Positions 36,709 to 46,747 of a stretch of DNA of 64,000 nt are shown here, piece by piece. Both the position numbers and the translations under genes were made by a program. The notes under the pieces were generated by a model that did no database searches, was not told the DNA's origin, and was given only the letters and a program-made list of their open reading frames with translations. The first letter of the stretch is position 1; every line of letters starts with the position of its first letter. Source of the DNA: Candidatus Falkowbacteria bacterium RIFOXYA2_FULL_38_12 (lineage in GTDB: Bacteria; Patescibacteriota; Patescibacteriia; XYB2-FULL-38-15); NCBI GenBank assembly GCA_001778095.1, contig MFGA01000006.1, positions 6,169-70,168 of the forward strand. Direction: 5' to 3'.

Positions 36709-39372
36709 ATGCAAGACAAAATAATCATCCACGGAGCGCGGGAACACAATTTGAAAAATATCAATCTTGAAATACCGAGAAACAAGATGACGGTTTTTAC
36801 GGGATTATCCGGTTCGGGAAAATCAAGCTTGGCTTTTGATACTATTTTTGCCGAAGGGCAGAGAAGATATGTTGAATCTTTGTCTGCCTACGCTCGGCAA
36901 TTTTTAGGGCAGATGAATAAACCAGATGTTGATGAAATTGAAGGGCTTTCTCCGGCGATTTCTATTGACCAAAAAGCACATAGCGCGAATCCTCGGTCAA
37001 CTGTGGCTACGATTACCGAAATTTATGATTATCTTAGAGTTTTGTTTGCGAGGATCGGCAAGCCTCATTGTCCGGTTTGCGGAAAAGAGATAAGAAAAAT
37101 GACGGTGGAGGAAATGGTGGATAGGGTATTGAAGAAAGTTGCCGAAAATCATCAGGCAAAAAATAATAAATTAAAGCCCGCATTCGCGGGAGATTCTTCG
37201 CTCGCTCAGAATGACATTGTTTTGGTTATGGCACCGGTGGTGAAGGGACGAAAAGGGGAATATTACCAATTGCTTTATGATTTATATAATGATGGATTTG
37301 CCGAAGTTCGGGTTAATGGAAAATTCAAAGAATTGAGAAATAAAATAATTTTGCCGAGATACAAGCAACACAATATTGATCTGGTGGTTGATAAAGTGAC
37401 TTTGGGTTGGCCAATAGAAAATAATAAAGGCTTAAGAGCGAGATTGGCCGAGGCGATTGAAACGGCTTTGAAATATGGCGGGGATATTGTTTCTATGATT
37501 TTGGATAATGGCGAAGAAATAGTGATGTCTTCAAAATTTTCCTGTCCGGAAGACAATTTTTCTTTTCCGGAAATTGAGCCACGTCTGTTTTCTTTTAATA
37601 GTCCTTATGGCGCTTGCGAAGCTTGTCATGGTCTTGGCACAAAATTTTTATTTTCTGAAGAAGTTTGTCCGGATTGCGAGGGGAATAGATTAAGGAAAGA
37701 AAGTTTGCACGTTTTGGTGGCCGGGAAAAATATTGTGGAAGTGACGGGAATGTCGATTGAAAATGCGCATAATTTTTTTTCAGAGCTGATGGGCAAAGAT
37801 CTTAAAACGTCTGCCCCTATTAAAGTTTCGGCGGACAAGGAAAAATTAAAACCAAGAATTATCCTAAGCGAGAATGATTTAGAGATCGGAAAAGCAATTT
37901 TCGCAGAAATACTGAACCGTCTGGGGTTTATGTTGGACGTCGGTTTGGGCTATTTAACTTTAAATAGAACCGCCGGGACTCTCTCGGGTGGGGAAGCGCA
38001 AAGGATTCGTCTCGCCTCGCAGGTTGGCTCAAAACTGGTCGGAGCTCTTTATATTTTGGATGAGCCGACAATCGGACTTCATCCCAAAGACAATGAAAAA
38101 TTATTAGCGACCTTGAGAAATATCAGGGACATTGGGAACACGGTCATTGTCGTGGAGCATGATCCGGAAACGATTTGGACGTCAGACTATCTGGTTGATA
38201 TTGGCCCGGGCGCGGGAAAGCACGGCGGGGAGATTGTGGCTGCCGGGCCAATGCCGGATGTCTTGGAAGATAAAAAATCTTTAACCGCGGCCTATCTTCG
38301 GGGAGATAAATTTATTAAAATTCCGGAGAAAAGAAGAAAAGTAGACGGAGAAAGCAAATATTTTTCTTCGGGACAATTAAAAATAGTCGGCGCGAACGAA
38401 AATAATTTAAAAAATATTGATGTTAGGATTCCCTTGAAGAGATTTGTCTGCGTGACCGGGGTTTCGGGATCGGGAAAAAGTACTTTGGTAAATGATATTT
38501 TATTGAAAGGTTTATCCAATAAGTTGAATCACACAAGCTATCAGGTAGGTAAGCATTCAAGAATTGAGGGGATGGAATATTTGGATAAAATTATTGAGAT
38601 TGATCAGTCGCCGATTGGAAGAACACCACGATCTAACCCGGCAACTTATACCGGATCATGGACAATGATTCGTGAGCTCTTTGCCTCTACTCCGGAAGCG
38701 CGAACTCGCGGTTATAAAGTGGGCAGATTTAGTTTTAATGTTCCTGGTGGCAGGTGTGAAAATTGCGAAGGAGCGGGATTAATAAAAGTGGAAATGCATT
38801 TTTTGCCGGCGGTTTATGTGCCCTGTGATGTTTGCAAGGGGACAAGATTTGATCGCGAAACTTTAGCGATTACCTATAAAGAAAAAAATATCCATGATAT
38901 TCTAAAAATGACGATTGAGGACGCCGAGGAATTTTTTAAGAATATTCCTTTGATAAAAGACAGAATGAAAATATTGCGCGAAGTTGGTTTGCAATATCTG
39001 ACTTTAGGACAAGCGGCGACAACTCTTTCCGGTGGGGAAGCGCAGAGAATAAAACTGGGTGCGGAGCTCGCTAAAAGATCAACCGGCCGGACGATTTATA
39101 TTTTGGATGAACCCACGGTCGGGCTTCATTATGCCGATGTGGAAAAACTTTTGGAAGTTTTGCATCGCCTTGTTAATTTAGGAAACACGGTGATTGTAAT
39201 TGAACATAATTTGGATTTTATTAAAACTGCCGATTGGATTATTGATTTGGGGCCCGACGGAGGCAATGCCGGAGGCGAGCTGATTACCGCCGGCACGCCG
39301 GAAGAAGTGGCAAGGATTGGGAAGTCATATACGGGGCAGTATTTGAAGAAAACTCTAAATTCGAAATCCTAG
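36709..39372 (+). CDS. uvrA: Excinuclease ABC subunit A
   Basis: 887 aa. Two ABC modules (GLSGSGKSSLAF, GVSGSGKSTLVN), zinc-finger Cys clusters, LSGGE signatures. Confidence 0.9.
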   Translation: MQDKIIIHGAREHNLKNINLEIPRNKMTVFTGLSGSGKSSLAFDTIFAEGQRRYVESLSAYARQFLGQMNKPDVDEIEGLSPAISIDQKAHSANPRSTVATITEIYDYLRVLFARIGKPHCPVCGKEIRKMTVEEMVDRVLKKVAENHQAKNNKLKPAFAGDSSLAQNDIVLVMAPVVKGRKGEYYQLLYDLYNDGFAEVRVNGKFKELRNKIILPRYKQHNIDLVVDKVTLGWPIENNKGLRARLAEAIETALKYGGDIVSMILDNGEEIVMSSKFSCPEDNFSFPEIEPRLFSFNSPYGACEACHGLGTKFLFSEEVCPDCEGNRLRKESLHVLVAGKNIVEVTGMSIENAHNFFSELMGKDLKTSAPIKVSADKEKLKPRIILSENDLEIGKAIFAEILNRLGFMLDVGLGYLTLNRTAGTLSGGEAQRIRLASQVGSKLVGALYILDEPTIGLHPKDNEKLLATLRNIRDIGNTVIVVEHDPETIWTSDYLVDIGPGAGKHGGEIVAAGPMPDVLEDKKSLTAAYLRGDKFIKIPEKRRKVDGESKYFSSGQLKIVGANENNLKNIDVRIPLKRFVCVTGVSGSGKSTLVNDILLKGLSNKLNHTSYQVGKHSRIEGMEYLDKIIEIDQSPIGRTPRSNPATYTGSWTMIRELFASTPEARTRGYKVGRFSFNVPGGRCENCEGAGLIKVEMHFLPAVYVPCDVCKGTRFDRETLAITYKEKNIHDILKMTIEDAEEFFKNIPLIKDRMKILREVGLQYLTLGQAATTLSGGEAQRIKLGAELAKRSTGRTIYILDEPTVGLHYADVEKLLEVLHRLVNLGNTVIVIEHNLDFIKTADWIIDLGPDGGNAGGELITAGTPEEVARIGKSYTGQYLKKTLNSKS

Positions 39373-39409
39373 CCCAAATAAAAATTAATGATTAATCTGC
39401 CCTAAGCTG

Positions 39410-39507
39410 GTCATTATGAGCGGAGCGAAGAATCTCCCGCGCATGCGGGCTAGAAAAGAATATATTGCGGGCATTCGCCCGAGATCCTTCACTTCGCTCA
39501 GGATGAC
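39410..39507. repeat. Hairpin repeat family A copy 6
   Basis: Short variant like copy 4. Confidence 0.8.
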
Positions 39508-39538
39508 GGCTTAGGAGGGTTCTTCAATATTTTAAATC

Positions 39539-40834
39539 ATGTCATTAAATATCAAAAACAAAATTAAATCTTTCCCTAAAACCCCCGGCGTTTATTTAAT
39601 GAAAAATAAAAATGGGGAGATTATTTATGTTGGAAAAGCCGGTTCGCTCAAAAATCGCGTGGCCAGTTATTTTAATCGTCCGCATGATATTAGAATAGAA
39701 AAAATGGTCAGCGAGATTAGTGACATTGATTACCAAATGACTCCGACAGTGATTGAAGCTTTGGTTTTGGAGGCGAACTTAATTAAAAAATATCTGCCGA
39801 AATATAATATCCGGGAAAAGGACGATAAGTCATTTCTTTACCTTGGTTTTTCTAAAGAAGTTTTTTCTCGCGTAATAATGTTACGCGGTCACGAGGTAGA
39901 GGAAGTGAAAAATGAGAAGTTAAAAGTGAAAAGTGATAATCAAAAATATAAAATCGGAAAGTTATTTGGTCCATATACGAGCGCCGGAGCGCTTAGAACC
40001 GCGCTTGATATTTTAAGGAAAATTTTTCCTTTCCGCGATTGTTTGGTTTTTCCCAAAAGACCGTGCTTGCAATATCAACTCGGCCATTGTGGAGCCCCTT
40101 GCGCCAATTTAATCAGCCAAAAAGAGTACACAAAAAATATTAATAACTTAAAATTATTTTTTGCAGGGAAAAAGGAAAAAATTATTAAAAAATTGAGTAA
40201 AGAAATGACCATAGCCAGCAAGAAGCAAGATTTTGAAACAGCGGGAAAAATAAGAAACCAAATTTTTGCTCTAAACCATATTCGCGATGTCGCTATGCTT
40301 AGAAAAGAAGAAGAAAAAAATATTGATTACGGGCGAGCCGGTGCAAAAAATATTTTTTATCGCATTGAGGGGTATGATATTTCAAATATCAGCGGAACCT
40401 CGGCGACGGGGAGTATGGTTGTTTTTCTAAACGGAGAGCCGGATAAAAATGAATATAGAAAATTTAGAATAAAGACAGTCGTCGGACCAAACGATACGGC
40501 AATGCTTAGGGAAGTTTTGTCGCGAAGACTCGAAAGAGCCGTTCGCGATTCTTACAATTGGCCGGCGCCGGATTTGATCCTGATTGATGGTGGCAAGGGG
40601 CAAGTGAATGTGGCAGAAGAAATTTTAAAGCAATATAAATTGAACATCCCGCTTGTTGGAGTGGCAAAGGGATATGATCGCAAGCAGGATCGCTTTGTCT
40701 ATGATGAAAAAAACATCAAGTTGGCTGATTTTATTGCGAATAATAAAAATTTATTGCTAAAAGTCCGCGATGAGGCACACAGATTTGCGGTCGGGTATCA
40801 TAAGTTTTTGAGAAAAAAGAGCTTGTTAAAATAG
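39539..40834 (+). CDS. uvrC: Excinuclease ABC subunit C (short form)
   Basis: 431 aa. N-terminal GIY-YIG (GVYLMKNKNGEIIYVGKAGSLKNRV), UVR domain, RNase H-like endonuclease domain. Lacks the C-terminal HhH pair. Confidence 0.85.
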   Translation: MSLNIKNKIKSFPKTPGVYLMKNKNGEIIYVGKAGSLKNRVASYFNRPHDIRIEKMVSEISDIDYQMTPTVIEALVLEANLIKKYLPKYNIREKDDKSFLYLGFSKEVFSRVIMLRGHEVEEVKNEKLKVKSDNQKYKIGKLFGPYTSAGALRTALDILRKIFPFRDCLVFPKRPCLQYQLGHCGAPCANLISQKEYTKNINNLKLFFAGKKEKIIKKLSKEMTIASKKQDFETAGKIRNQIFALNHIRDVAMLRKEEEKNIDYGRAGAKNIFYRIEGYDISNISGTSATGSMVVFLNGEPDKNEYRKFRIKTVVGPNDTAMLREVLSRRLERAVRDSYNWPAPDLILIDGGKGQVNVAEEILKQYKLNIPLVGVAKGYDRKQDRFVYDEKNIKLADFIANNKNLLLKVRDEAHRFAVGYHKFLRKKSLLK

Positions 40835-40910
40835 GGGAAGGTGGTATCATAAAACCAATAAGCGCAGTATCAAATTACCTATTTTCACTTATAATCTTAA
40901 TAACTAAATT

Positions 40911-41972
40911 ATGAAAAACCTAAACAACAAAGAGCAAATCAAAAGATTAGACAAAAATAACGTCCTGGGGTCCATTGAATTCCTGGGAAAACAATGCGAC
41001 CAGGCTTGGGGGGAAGTAAAAAAGATTAAAATTCCGGCAAGCTACAAACAAGTCCAAAATATTATTGTCGCGGGAATGGGTGGATCCGCTCTCGGCGCCG
41101 ACATAATCAACGCGGTTTTTGCCGATCGTCTCAAATTTCCCATCCATGTAGTCAGAGACTATTCCTTGCCTCGCTACGTCGGACCAAAAACACTACTCAT
41201 TTTGTCCAGTTATTCCGGCAGTACGGAAGAAACTTTGACGGTGGGGATTGAGGGAGCAAAAAGAAAGGCGAAAATTATCGGCATTGCTACCGGAGGAAAA
41301 TTGGGAGTATTTTTGAAAGAAAAAAAATATCCGGCTTATGTTTTTGAACCAAAAAATAATCCTTCAAATGAACCGAGAATGGGTTTGGGATATTCAATCG
41401 TTGGTCAAATGGGGTTGCTGCAAGGTTGCGGCCTTCTCAAAATATCCGATTCGGAGGTAAAAGAAGTTGTTGAAGTAATAAGGGCTTTTAGTGAAGAATT
41501 TGGAGTTGAGTCTAGCACTAATCTTGCCAAAGATTTTGCCGAAAAACTAAAAAAGAGATTACCTATCTTGGTAGGATCGGAATTTTTAGCCGGAAATGCG
41601 CATGCCATTGCTAATCAAATCAACGAAAACGCAAAATGCTTTGCCAATTATTTTATTTCTCCGGAGCTGAATCATCACTTGATGGAAGGATTAAAAAATC
41701 CCATGACAAATCGTAAGAATCTAAAGTTTGTTTTAATTAATTCAAAATTGTATCATCCGCGGAATCAAAAAAGATACGAAGTGCTAAAAGAAGTATTAAG
41801 AGGAAATAGAATAGATTTTATTGAATATTTACCTAAATCGGAAACGAAGCTCGCTCAGTCTTTTGAAATTTTGGTTTTTGGAAGCTATTTGAGTTTTTAT
41901 TTGGCGATGCTTTACGACGTTGATCCATCTTTGATACCTTGGGTAAAATTGTTTAAGGAGAGGTTGAAATAA
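40911..41972 (+). CDS. Bifunctional phosphoglucose/phosphomannose isomerase (SIS-domain PGI/PMI family)
   Basis: 353 aa. Two SIS-like halves. Typical N-terminus. Confidence 0.75.
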   Translation: MKNLNNKEQIKRLDKNNVLGSIEFLGKQCDQAWGEVKKIKIPASYKQVQNIIVAGMGGSALGADIINAVFADRLKFPIHVVRDYSLPRYVGPKTLLILSSYSGSTEETLTVGIEGAKRKAKIIGIATGGKLGVFLKEKKYPAYVFEPKNNPSNEPRMGLGYSIVGQMGLLQGCGLLKISDSEVKEVVEVIRAFSEEFGVESSTNLAKDFAEKLKKRLPILVGSEFLAGNAHAIANQINENAKCFANYFISPELNHHLMEGLKNPMTNRKNLKFVLINSKLYHPRNQKRYEVLKEVLRGNRIDFIEYLPKSETKLAQSFEILVFGSYLSFYLAMLYDVDPSLIPWVKLFKERLK

Positions 41973-42074
41973 AATAAATTTTATTAAGAGTATAGAAAAT
42001 TTTGCATATCACCCCAATTTTAGTATACAGATTCCGTATAATAACGAGTTATCGGAAATAATGAAAAATTTATT

Positions 42075-42698
42075 ATGATTACTGAAAGCTCCATAAAATT
42101 TAATCGCGAAAAATTAGGCAAAACTATTGAAGTAGGAAATGCCTCGCCACATATCGAGCGAGTTTTAGCAATAGCCCAAGAAGCGTGCATTGACCCAAGG
42201 ACTGCAGATCAAAAAACTACAAAAAAAGGATTTCTTGTATATCCGCTGGATAAAAAACGGTATGAGCAAAGGGCAAATGGAAATGATTTTTTCATTACTT
42301 TTTCAGAAGAAGGCAGAGTAAAAGGTTTTTTGATGTGTTATGATCGTTCATTTTTGCAAAATCTGATTAGTGAAGGTGAAATAGGTCACGAAGATGGCAT
42401 TATCAGCTATTTAACAAAAAATACAGAACCTGAAGATAATTTTTTATACGGAGACCAGATTGGTATTTCCGCGGAAAATCGTACTAGAGAAGCAGGAACA
42501 ATACTAATGGAAAAGGTTTTTGCAAAAATGAAGGATAGAAGTATGCGCAATATGTATGTAGCTATTCTACATGGCCCGATTCGCAATGAAGCAAGTATAA
42601 ATTTTGTGGGGCGTTTAGGATTTGAAAATATCACCGAAGTTACTAATTCTGATGGACTTGTGTGGGGCATTTATCACGCCGACATTTCAAAAGAATAA
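42075..42698 (+). CDS. Putative GNAT-family N-acetyltransferase
   Basis: 207 aa. Weak acetyl-CoA-binding pattern (QIGISAENRTREAGTILMEKVF). Confidence 0.35.
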   Translation: MITESSIKFNREKLGKTIEVGNASPHIERVLAIAQEACIDPRTADQKTTKKGFLVYPLDKKRYEQRANGNDFFITFSEEGRVKGFLMCYDRSFLQNLISEGEIGHEDGIISYLTKNTEPEDNFLYGDQIGISAENRTREAGTILMEKVFAKMKDRSMRNMYVAILHGPIRNEASINFVGRLGFENITEVTNSDGLVWGIYHADISKE

Positions 42699-42888
42699 TA
42701 AATTTTTCATTATTTCCGATAACGCGGTTACGCTCCACCCATATTGCTAATACAACATTGCATACACGCGAACGGTAGGCGCAATAATTTTGTGTTTTTT
42801 TCTTTTTTTAATTTGCTTTTAGGATAATAAGGTGTTTTTTCTGCCTACGAAGAGGCAGTAAAAAACGATTTATTAGTAATTTCATTTT

Positions 42889-43239
42889 ATGTATATTCTA
42901 AAATTAAAAACAGGCTTCAGCGCTGCCCACCAACTAACTAATGCCTATGATGAAAAGTGTAACGCCTCTATTCATGGACATAATTGGAAGGTTTTGGTTG
43001 AAATAAAGACGGAAAAATTAATCAATAACATGGTTATTGATTTTAAAAAAATTAAAGAAATAATAGATGAACTGGATCATAAAAATTTGAATGAAGTTTT
43101 AGATTTTGAACCAACGGCTGAATTGATTGCAAAATATATTTACGATAAGCTGGTCGATTTTTTGCTAAAAAATAAAAAAATAGAAATTATCGTCACTGTC
43201 TGGGAGGCAGACAACGCCTCAATCACTTATTTTGAATAA
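42889..43239 (+). CDS. queD: 6-carboxytetrahydropterin / 6-pyruvoyl-tetrahydropterin synthase family protein
   Basis: 116 aa. CNASIHGH zinc-binding motif and the conserved ELDHKNLNE. Confidence 0.8.
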   Translation: MYILKLKTGFSAAHQLTNAYDEKCNASIHGHNWKVLVEIKTEKLINNMVIDFKKIKEIIDELDHKNLNEVLDFEPTAELIAKYIYDKLVDFLLKNKKIEIIVTVWEADNASITYFE

Positions 43240-43251
43240 CAACACGCTGAT

Positions 43252-43803
43252 ATGCAAAAAATAATTAAATCCCTACTCGTCAAAATTGGTGAAAATCCAA
43301 ATCGAGATGGACTAAAAGAAACTCCCGATAGAGTATCGCAAATGTATACAGAATTTTTTTATGGATACGATAAGGGTAAAAAGCCAAAAATTACAGTTTT
43401 TGATAACGAACAATCAAGCAATGACCAGATAATTATTGATAAGGGGTATTTCTATAGTTTTTGCGAGCATCATATGATGCCTTTTTTTGGTGAATACTAT
43501 TTTGCATACGTCCCTGACAAAAAAATTATCGGATTGAGTAAAATATCTAGAATAGTTGATTATTATGCCTCAAAGCTACAAGTACAAGAAAGACTGACGA
43601 TGGAAATTTTAGATGAATTAGAAAATAAGTTAAAGCCTAAGGGGCTGGCCATTATTATGTCTGCGAGACATTTGTGTAAAGAAATGAGAGGGGTTAAAAA
43701 AAATAAAGTTGAAATGACGACACATGATTTTAGGGGTATTTTTGCAGATAACAGCAAAAAGAAAAAAGAGCTTTTGGATGTAATTTCTCTGACAATAAAA
43801 TAA
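43252..43803 (+). CDS. folE: GTP cyclohydrolase I
   Basis: 183 aa. FCEHHMMPFFG active-site motif. Confidence 0.9.
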   Translation: MQKIIKSLLVKIGENPNRDGLKETPDRVSQMYTEFFYGYDKGKKPKITVFDNEQSSNDQIIIDKGYFYSFCEHHMMPFFGEYYFAYVPDKKIIGLSKISRIVDYYASKLQVQERLTMEILDELENKLKPKGLAIIMSARHLCKEMRGVKKNKVEMTTHDFRGIFADNSKKKKELLDVISLTIK

Positions 43804-43990
43804 TACGGAAAAATTGAAGAGCATGGCGCCGAAATTGTTTCTGATTTTCTAAAATATCAGAACGTGGATGACGGTTTTATTGAAAGAGTTAAACTTTTGG
43901 TCAGATGAGGATTCGGGCGGGGTTAAAAATACCAAGCTATTAAAAAATACGGCATTTCTTGCCGTATTTTTAATTATGTCAGATAAAAAG

Positions 43991-45961
43991 TTATTCCGTC
44001 GCAGTTTTTTCTTCGCAAATAGTGTCAGTATAAATTATTTCATCGCTTACTTTCACCAAACTTTTTAAGTCATCAATATATTTTTCCACTGCGCTCTGGG
44101 GCAGTCTTTCTTTGGAATAGAATTTATTATAAAGCCCGGTTCGGGCATTTCCCAGCAGAACAATTTTGCTGTCAATGTAGGTGATATCCCCAAGGCATTT
44201 TGATAAGGCGCTATCGGGGTGGTTGTCGGAAAAAATACTGTTGCCCATGAAGGAGGGCATTTTTTTATAGTCCCCTTTGTCTAGTAGATTTAGTATGGTG
44301 GGAGCTATATCAATTTGGCTGGCGAAATTTTGCGCGATTGTTGGCTTATCCTCAAAGGGGGTAGTGATGACAAAAGGAATTTCATTGTAATTGTATAAAT
44401 TTTCTAAAGAATTAACAGGGAAATCGTAATATCTATGGTCGCCGAAGATTACAACTATTGTTTTATCCGACAAGTCGTTTTTTTCCAGCTCAAAATACAT
44501 GTTTTTTATACTATTGTCTATTTCGGCGAGGAAGCCAAAATAGTTTCGGATAGTTTCCTCTTTGGCGGTTACCGCAAGCGAGCTGTTATTCAATGTTTCG
44601 GTGTATGGTTTTATGACGACATTATTTTTTTTCGCCTGATAATCAATCAATTCTTGATTGTGCGGGTCATGGGAAGTAAAGCCAATAACATAATTAAATG
44701 TTGGTTGGTTGGATTCTTTCATTTTTTCGATCATTGCGCTCAAAACTTCTCTGTCGCTGGTTTTTTGGCGAAAAAAGGGAGTGAAGTATGATTCATTAAA
44801 CCCCCACTTTCCCACTAATTTATCTCTCTCCCAAAAACTGGCGAGATTAGCATGGAAGATTTTAGTTTGGTAATTGTACTTATCTCTTAAAATTGAAGGA
44901 AGGCAATTTAGATTATTATTTTCTTCATGAAAACTTATCGGGTCAAACGAGTCGGGGATAAAACTGCAGAGAGAGGGAAATTCCGCGTTAACTGTTTGGC
45001 AACTATTGGCAAAAAAGTGGTCGACGCTAATATTTTTTTCTATCAATTTTTTTAAATATGGCATTGGGGTGGGATCTTGTTTGAATACCCAAGAGCCGAC
45101 AGACTCCAATTGATAAAAAATAATATGAGGGGCTTCAGGGATTACCGGAAGAATATTTTTTTTGTCGTTTTTTTCTTCTATTCCCGAGAGTTGACTTAGA
45201 TAATATCTTGCCAAGTCTTTTTTATCGGTTGCTTCCGGGAGCGAGGCTATTTTTATTGCTTGATTGATGATTTCTTTGTCTTCTTCTTTGGCAAAAATTG
45301 TTTTTATTTCGCCATCGATAAATTCGTAAAATTCTCCGTAGAGATGTCCGGCGAATCCGTAGTCCAACGAATATTCTCGCGAGTCCCACCAGCTTTCCCG
45401 CGGATTTTTTTCATAGTAAGCGGCGACGGAAACGGCCGCGACATTCGCAAAAAGTATAATGGCAAAGAGTCCCGAGCGAGCAAAGATACTTCTTTTTTGA
45501 GCGGTTTTGAAATTATGAAGGAGTAAAAAAGGATTCTGATTAGCCTCTCTTTTTGAAAGAGTTGAAGAAAAAATAAAAACAGAAAGGAGTAAAAAACCAA
45601 GTAAAAAGATGCTTTTGGGGATTAAAAAAGAAAAGTCAGCGATAAAATTAACAAAAGAAAAATTTATTTGCGTTAGTTGGTTTAGGCTAAAGTTGATGAA
45701 GGTGTTAAAGACTCTGAAATAGGCTAAGTTAATAACAGAGTAGAGAAGAAAGGCGAAAAAAATAGTTGAGGAAATAATAATTCCGCGAACGGTTTTTTGC
45801 AGATTGGCGAGAGTGATAAAACTTATGGAAAGAAGCAGAAAAAACAAAAAAGAGACGAAAGAAAATTTCGCCTCTAGGGAACTGCTATATAGAAAAAAAT
45901 AAGCAACAGAAACAGCGATAAAAAAAAGACCGGAAAATATTTTTATATTTCTTTTAAACAT
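43991..45961 (-). CDS. Membrane-anchored sulfatase / LtaS-like phosphoglycerol transferase (alkaline-phosphatase superfamily)
   Basis: 656 aa. Five N-terminal TM helices followed by an extracytoplasmic sulfatase-like domain. Confidence 0.7.
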   Translation of the reverse strand: MFKRNIKIFSGLFFIAVSVAYFFLYSSSLEAKFSFVSFLFFLLLSISFITLANLQKTVRGIIISSTIFFAFLLYSVINLAYFRVFNTFINFSLNQLTQINFSFVNFIADFSFLIPKSIFLLGFLLLSVFIFSSTLSKREANQNPFLLLHNFKTAQKRSIFARSGLFAIILFANVAAVSVAAYYEKNPRESWWDSREYSLDYGFAGHLYGEFYEFIDGEIKTIFAKEEDKEIINQAIKIASLPEATDKKDLARYYLSQLSGIEEKNDKKNILPVIPEAPHIIFYQLESVGSWVFKQDPTPMPYLKKLIEKNISVDHFFANSCQTVNAEFPSLCSFIPDSFDPISFHEENNNLNCLPSILRDKYNYQTKIFHANLASFWERDKLVGKWGFNESYFTPFFRQKTSDREVLSAMIEKMKESNQPTFNYVIGFTSHDPHNQELIDYQAKKNNVVIKPYTETLNNSSLAVTAKEETIRNYFGFLAEIDNSIKNMYFELEKNDLSDKTIVVIFGDHRYYDFPVNSLENLYNYNEIPFVITTPFEDKPTIAQNFASQIDIAPTILNLLDKGDYKKMPSFMGNSIFSDNHPDSALSKCLGDITYIDSKIVLLGNARTGLYNKFYSKERLPQSAVEKYIDDLKSLVKVSDEIIYTDTICEEKTATE

Positions 45962-46023
45962 TTTTTCTGCTTGTTATATCTTCATTAACTATACTATTGC
46001 GGGGGAGGGAAGACAAGAAAAAC

Positions 46024-46623
46024 TTACTTCTTGATTATCTTATCAATAATCCCGTATTTCAAGGCCTCTTCGGCGGACATGAAATAATCGCGATCGGTAT
46101 CTTTTTCAATTTTTTCCAAAGACGATCCGGTATGGGTAGAAAGAATTTTATTCAGCCTGTCTTTCATTTTTAAAATTCTTTCAGCTCTGATTTTTATATC
46201 AGTTGCTTGTCCTTCCGCTCCGCCCATAACTTGATGAATCAAAATTTCCGCGTTGGGCAGGGCAAACCTTTTTCCTTTTGTGCCGGAGGCGAGAAGAACG
46301 GCAGACATACTCGCAGCGAGACCTACGCAGATCGTGGAAACGTCTGGTTTTATATATTGAATGGTGTCGTAAATGGCCAAACCGGCTGTTACCGATCCAC
46401 CGGGACTGTTTATGTAAATTTTAATATCTTTTTCTTTGTCTTGGCTTTCCAAAAAAAGAAGTTGGGCGATAATAGAATTGGCTATTCCGTCGTCAACCGT
46501 ATCGCCGAGGAAAATAATGCGATCTTTTAAAAGGCGAGAGTAGATGTCATAAGCCCTTTCGCCATGGGTTGTTTTTTCAATGACAGTCGGGATAAGATAG
46601 TTCGATTTTATGCTGTTGCTCAT
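46024..46623 (-). CDS. clpP: ATP-dependent Clp protease proteolytic subunit
   Basis: 199 aa. Catalytic Ser in GLAASMSA and His in the IHQV region. Confidence 0.9.
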   Translation of the reverse strand: MSNSIKSNYLIPTVIEKTTHGERAYDIYSRLLKDRIIFLGDTVDDGIANSIIAQLLFLESQDKEKDIKIYINSPGGSVTAGLAIYDTIQYIKPDVSTICVGLAASMSAVLLASGTKGKRFALPNAEILIHQVMGGAEGQATDIKIRAERILKMKDRLNKILSTHTGSSLEKIEKDTDRDYFMSAEEALKYGIIDKIIKK

Positions 46624-46747
46624 ATTTTAAGCTTAATTCAAATCTACGAATGAAATCCAATGTACAAATTTTGTCTAGCTTAAATTTATTTGTATATTTG
46701 GATAAAATTTGTAGATTAGGATTCAGATAATATTTATAATGCTAATT

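Noticed and set aside
5195-39520. Short ORFs coinciding with family-A repeat copies (5195..5383, 15476..15679, 15537..15743, 17122..17307, 21702..21959, 26186..26515)
   Set aside because: The same nucleotide element recurs six times. The ORFs are repeat-derived and differ in frame and strand between copies.
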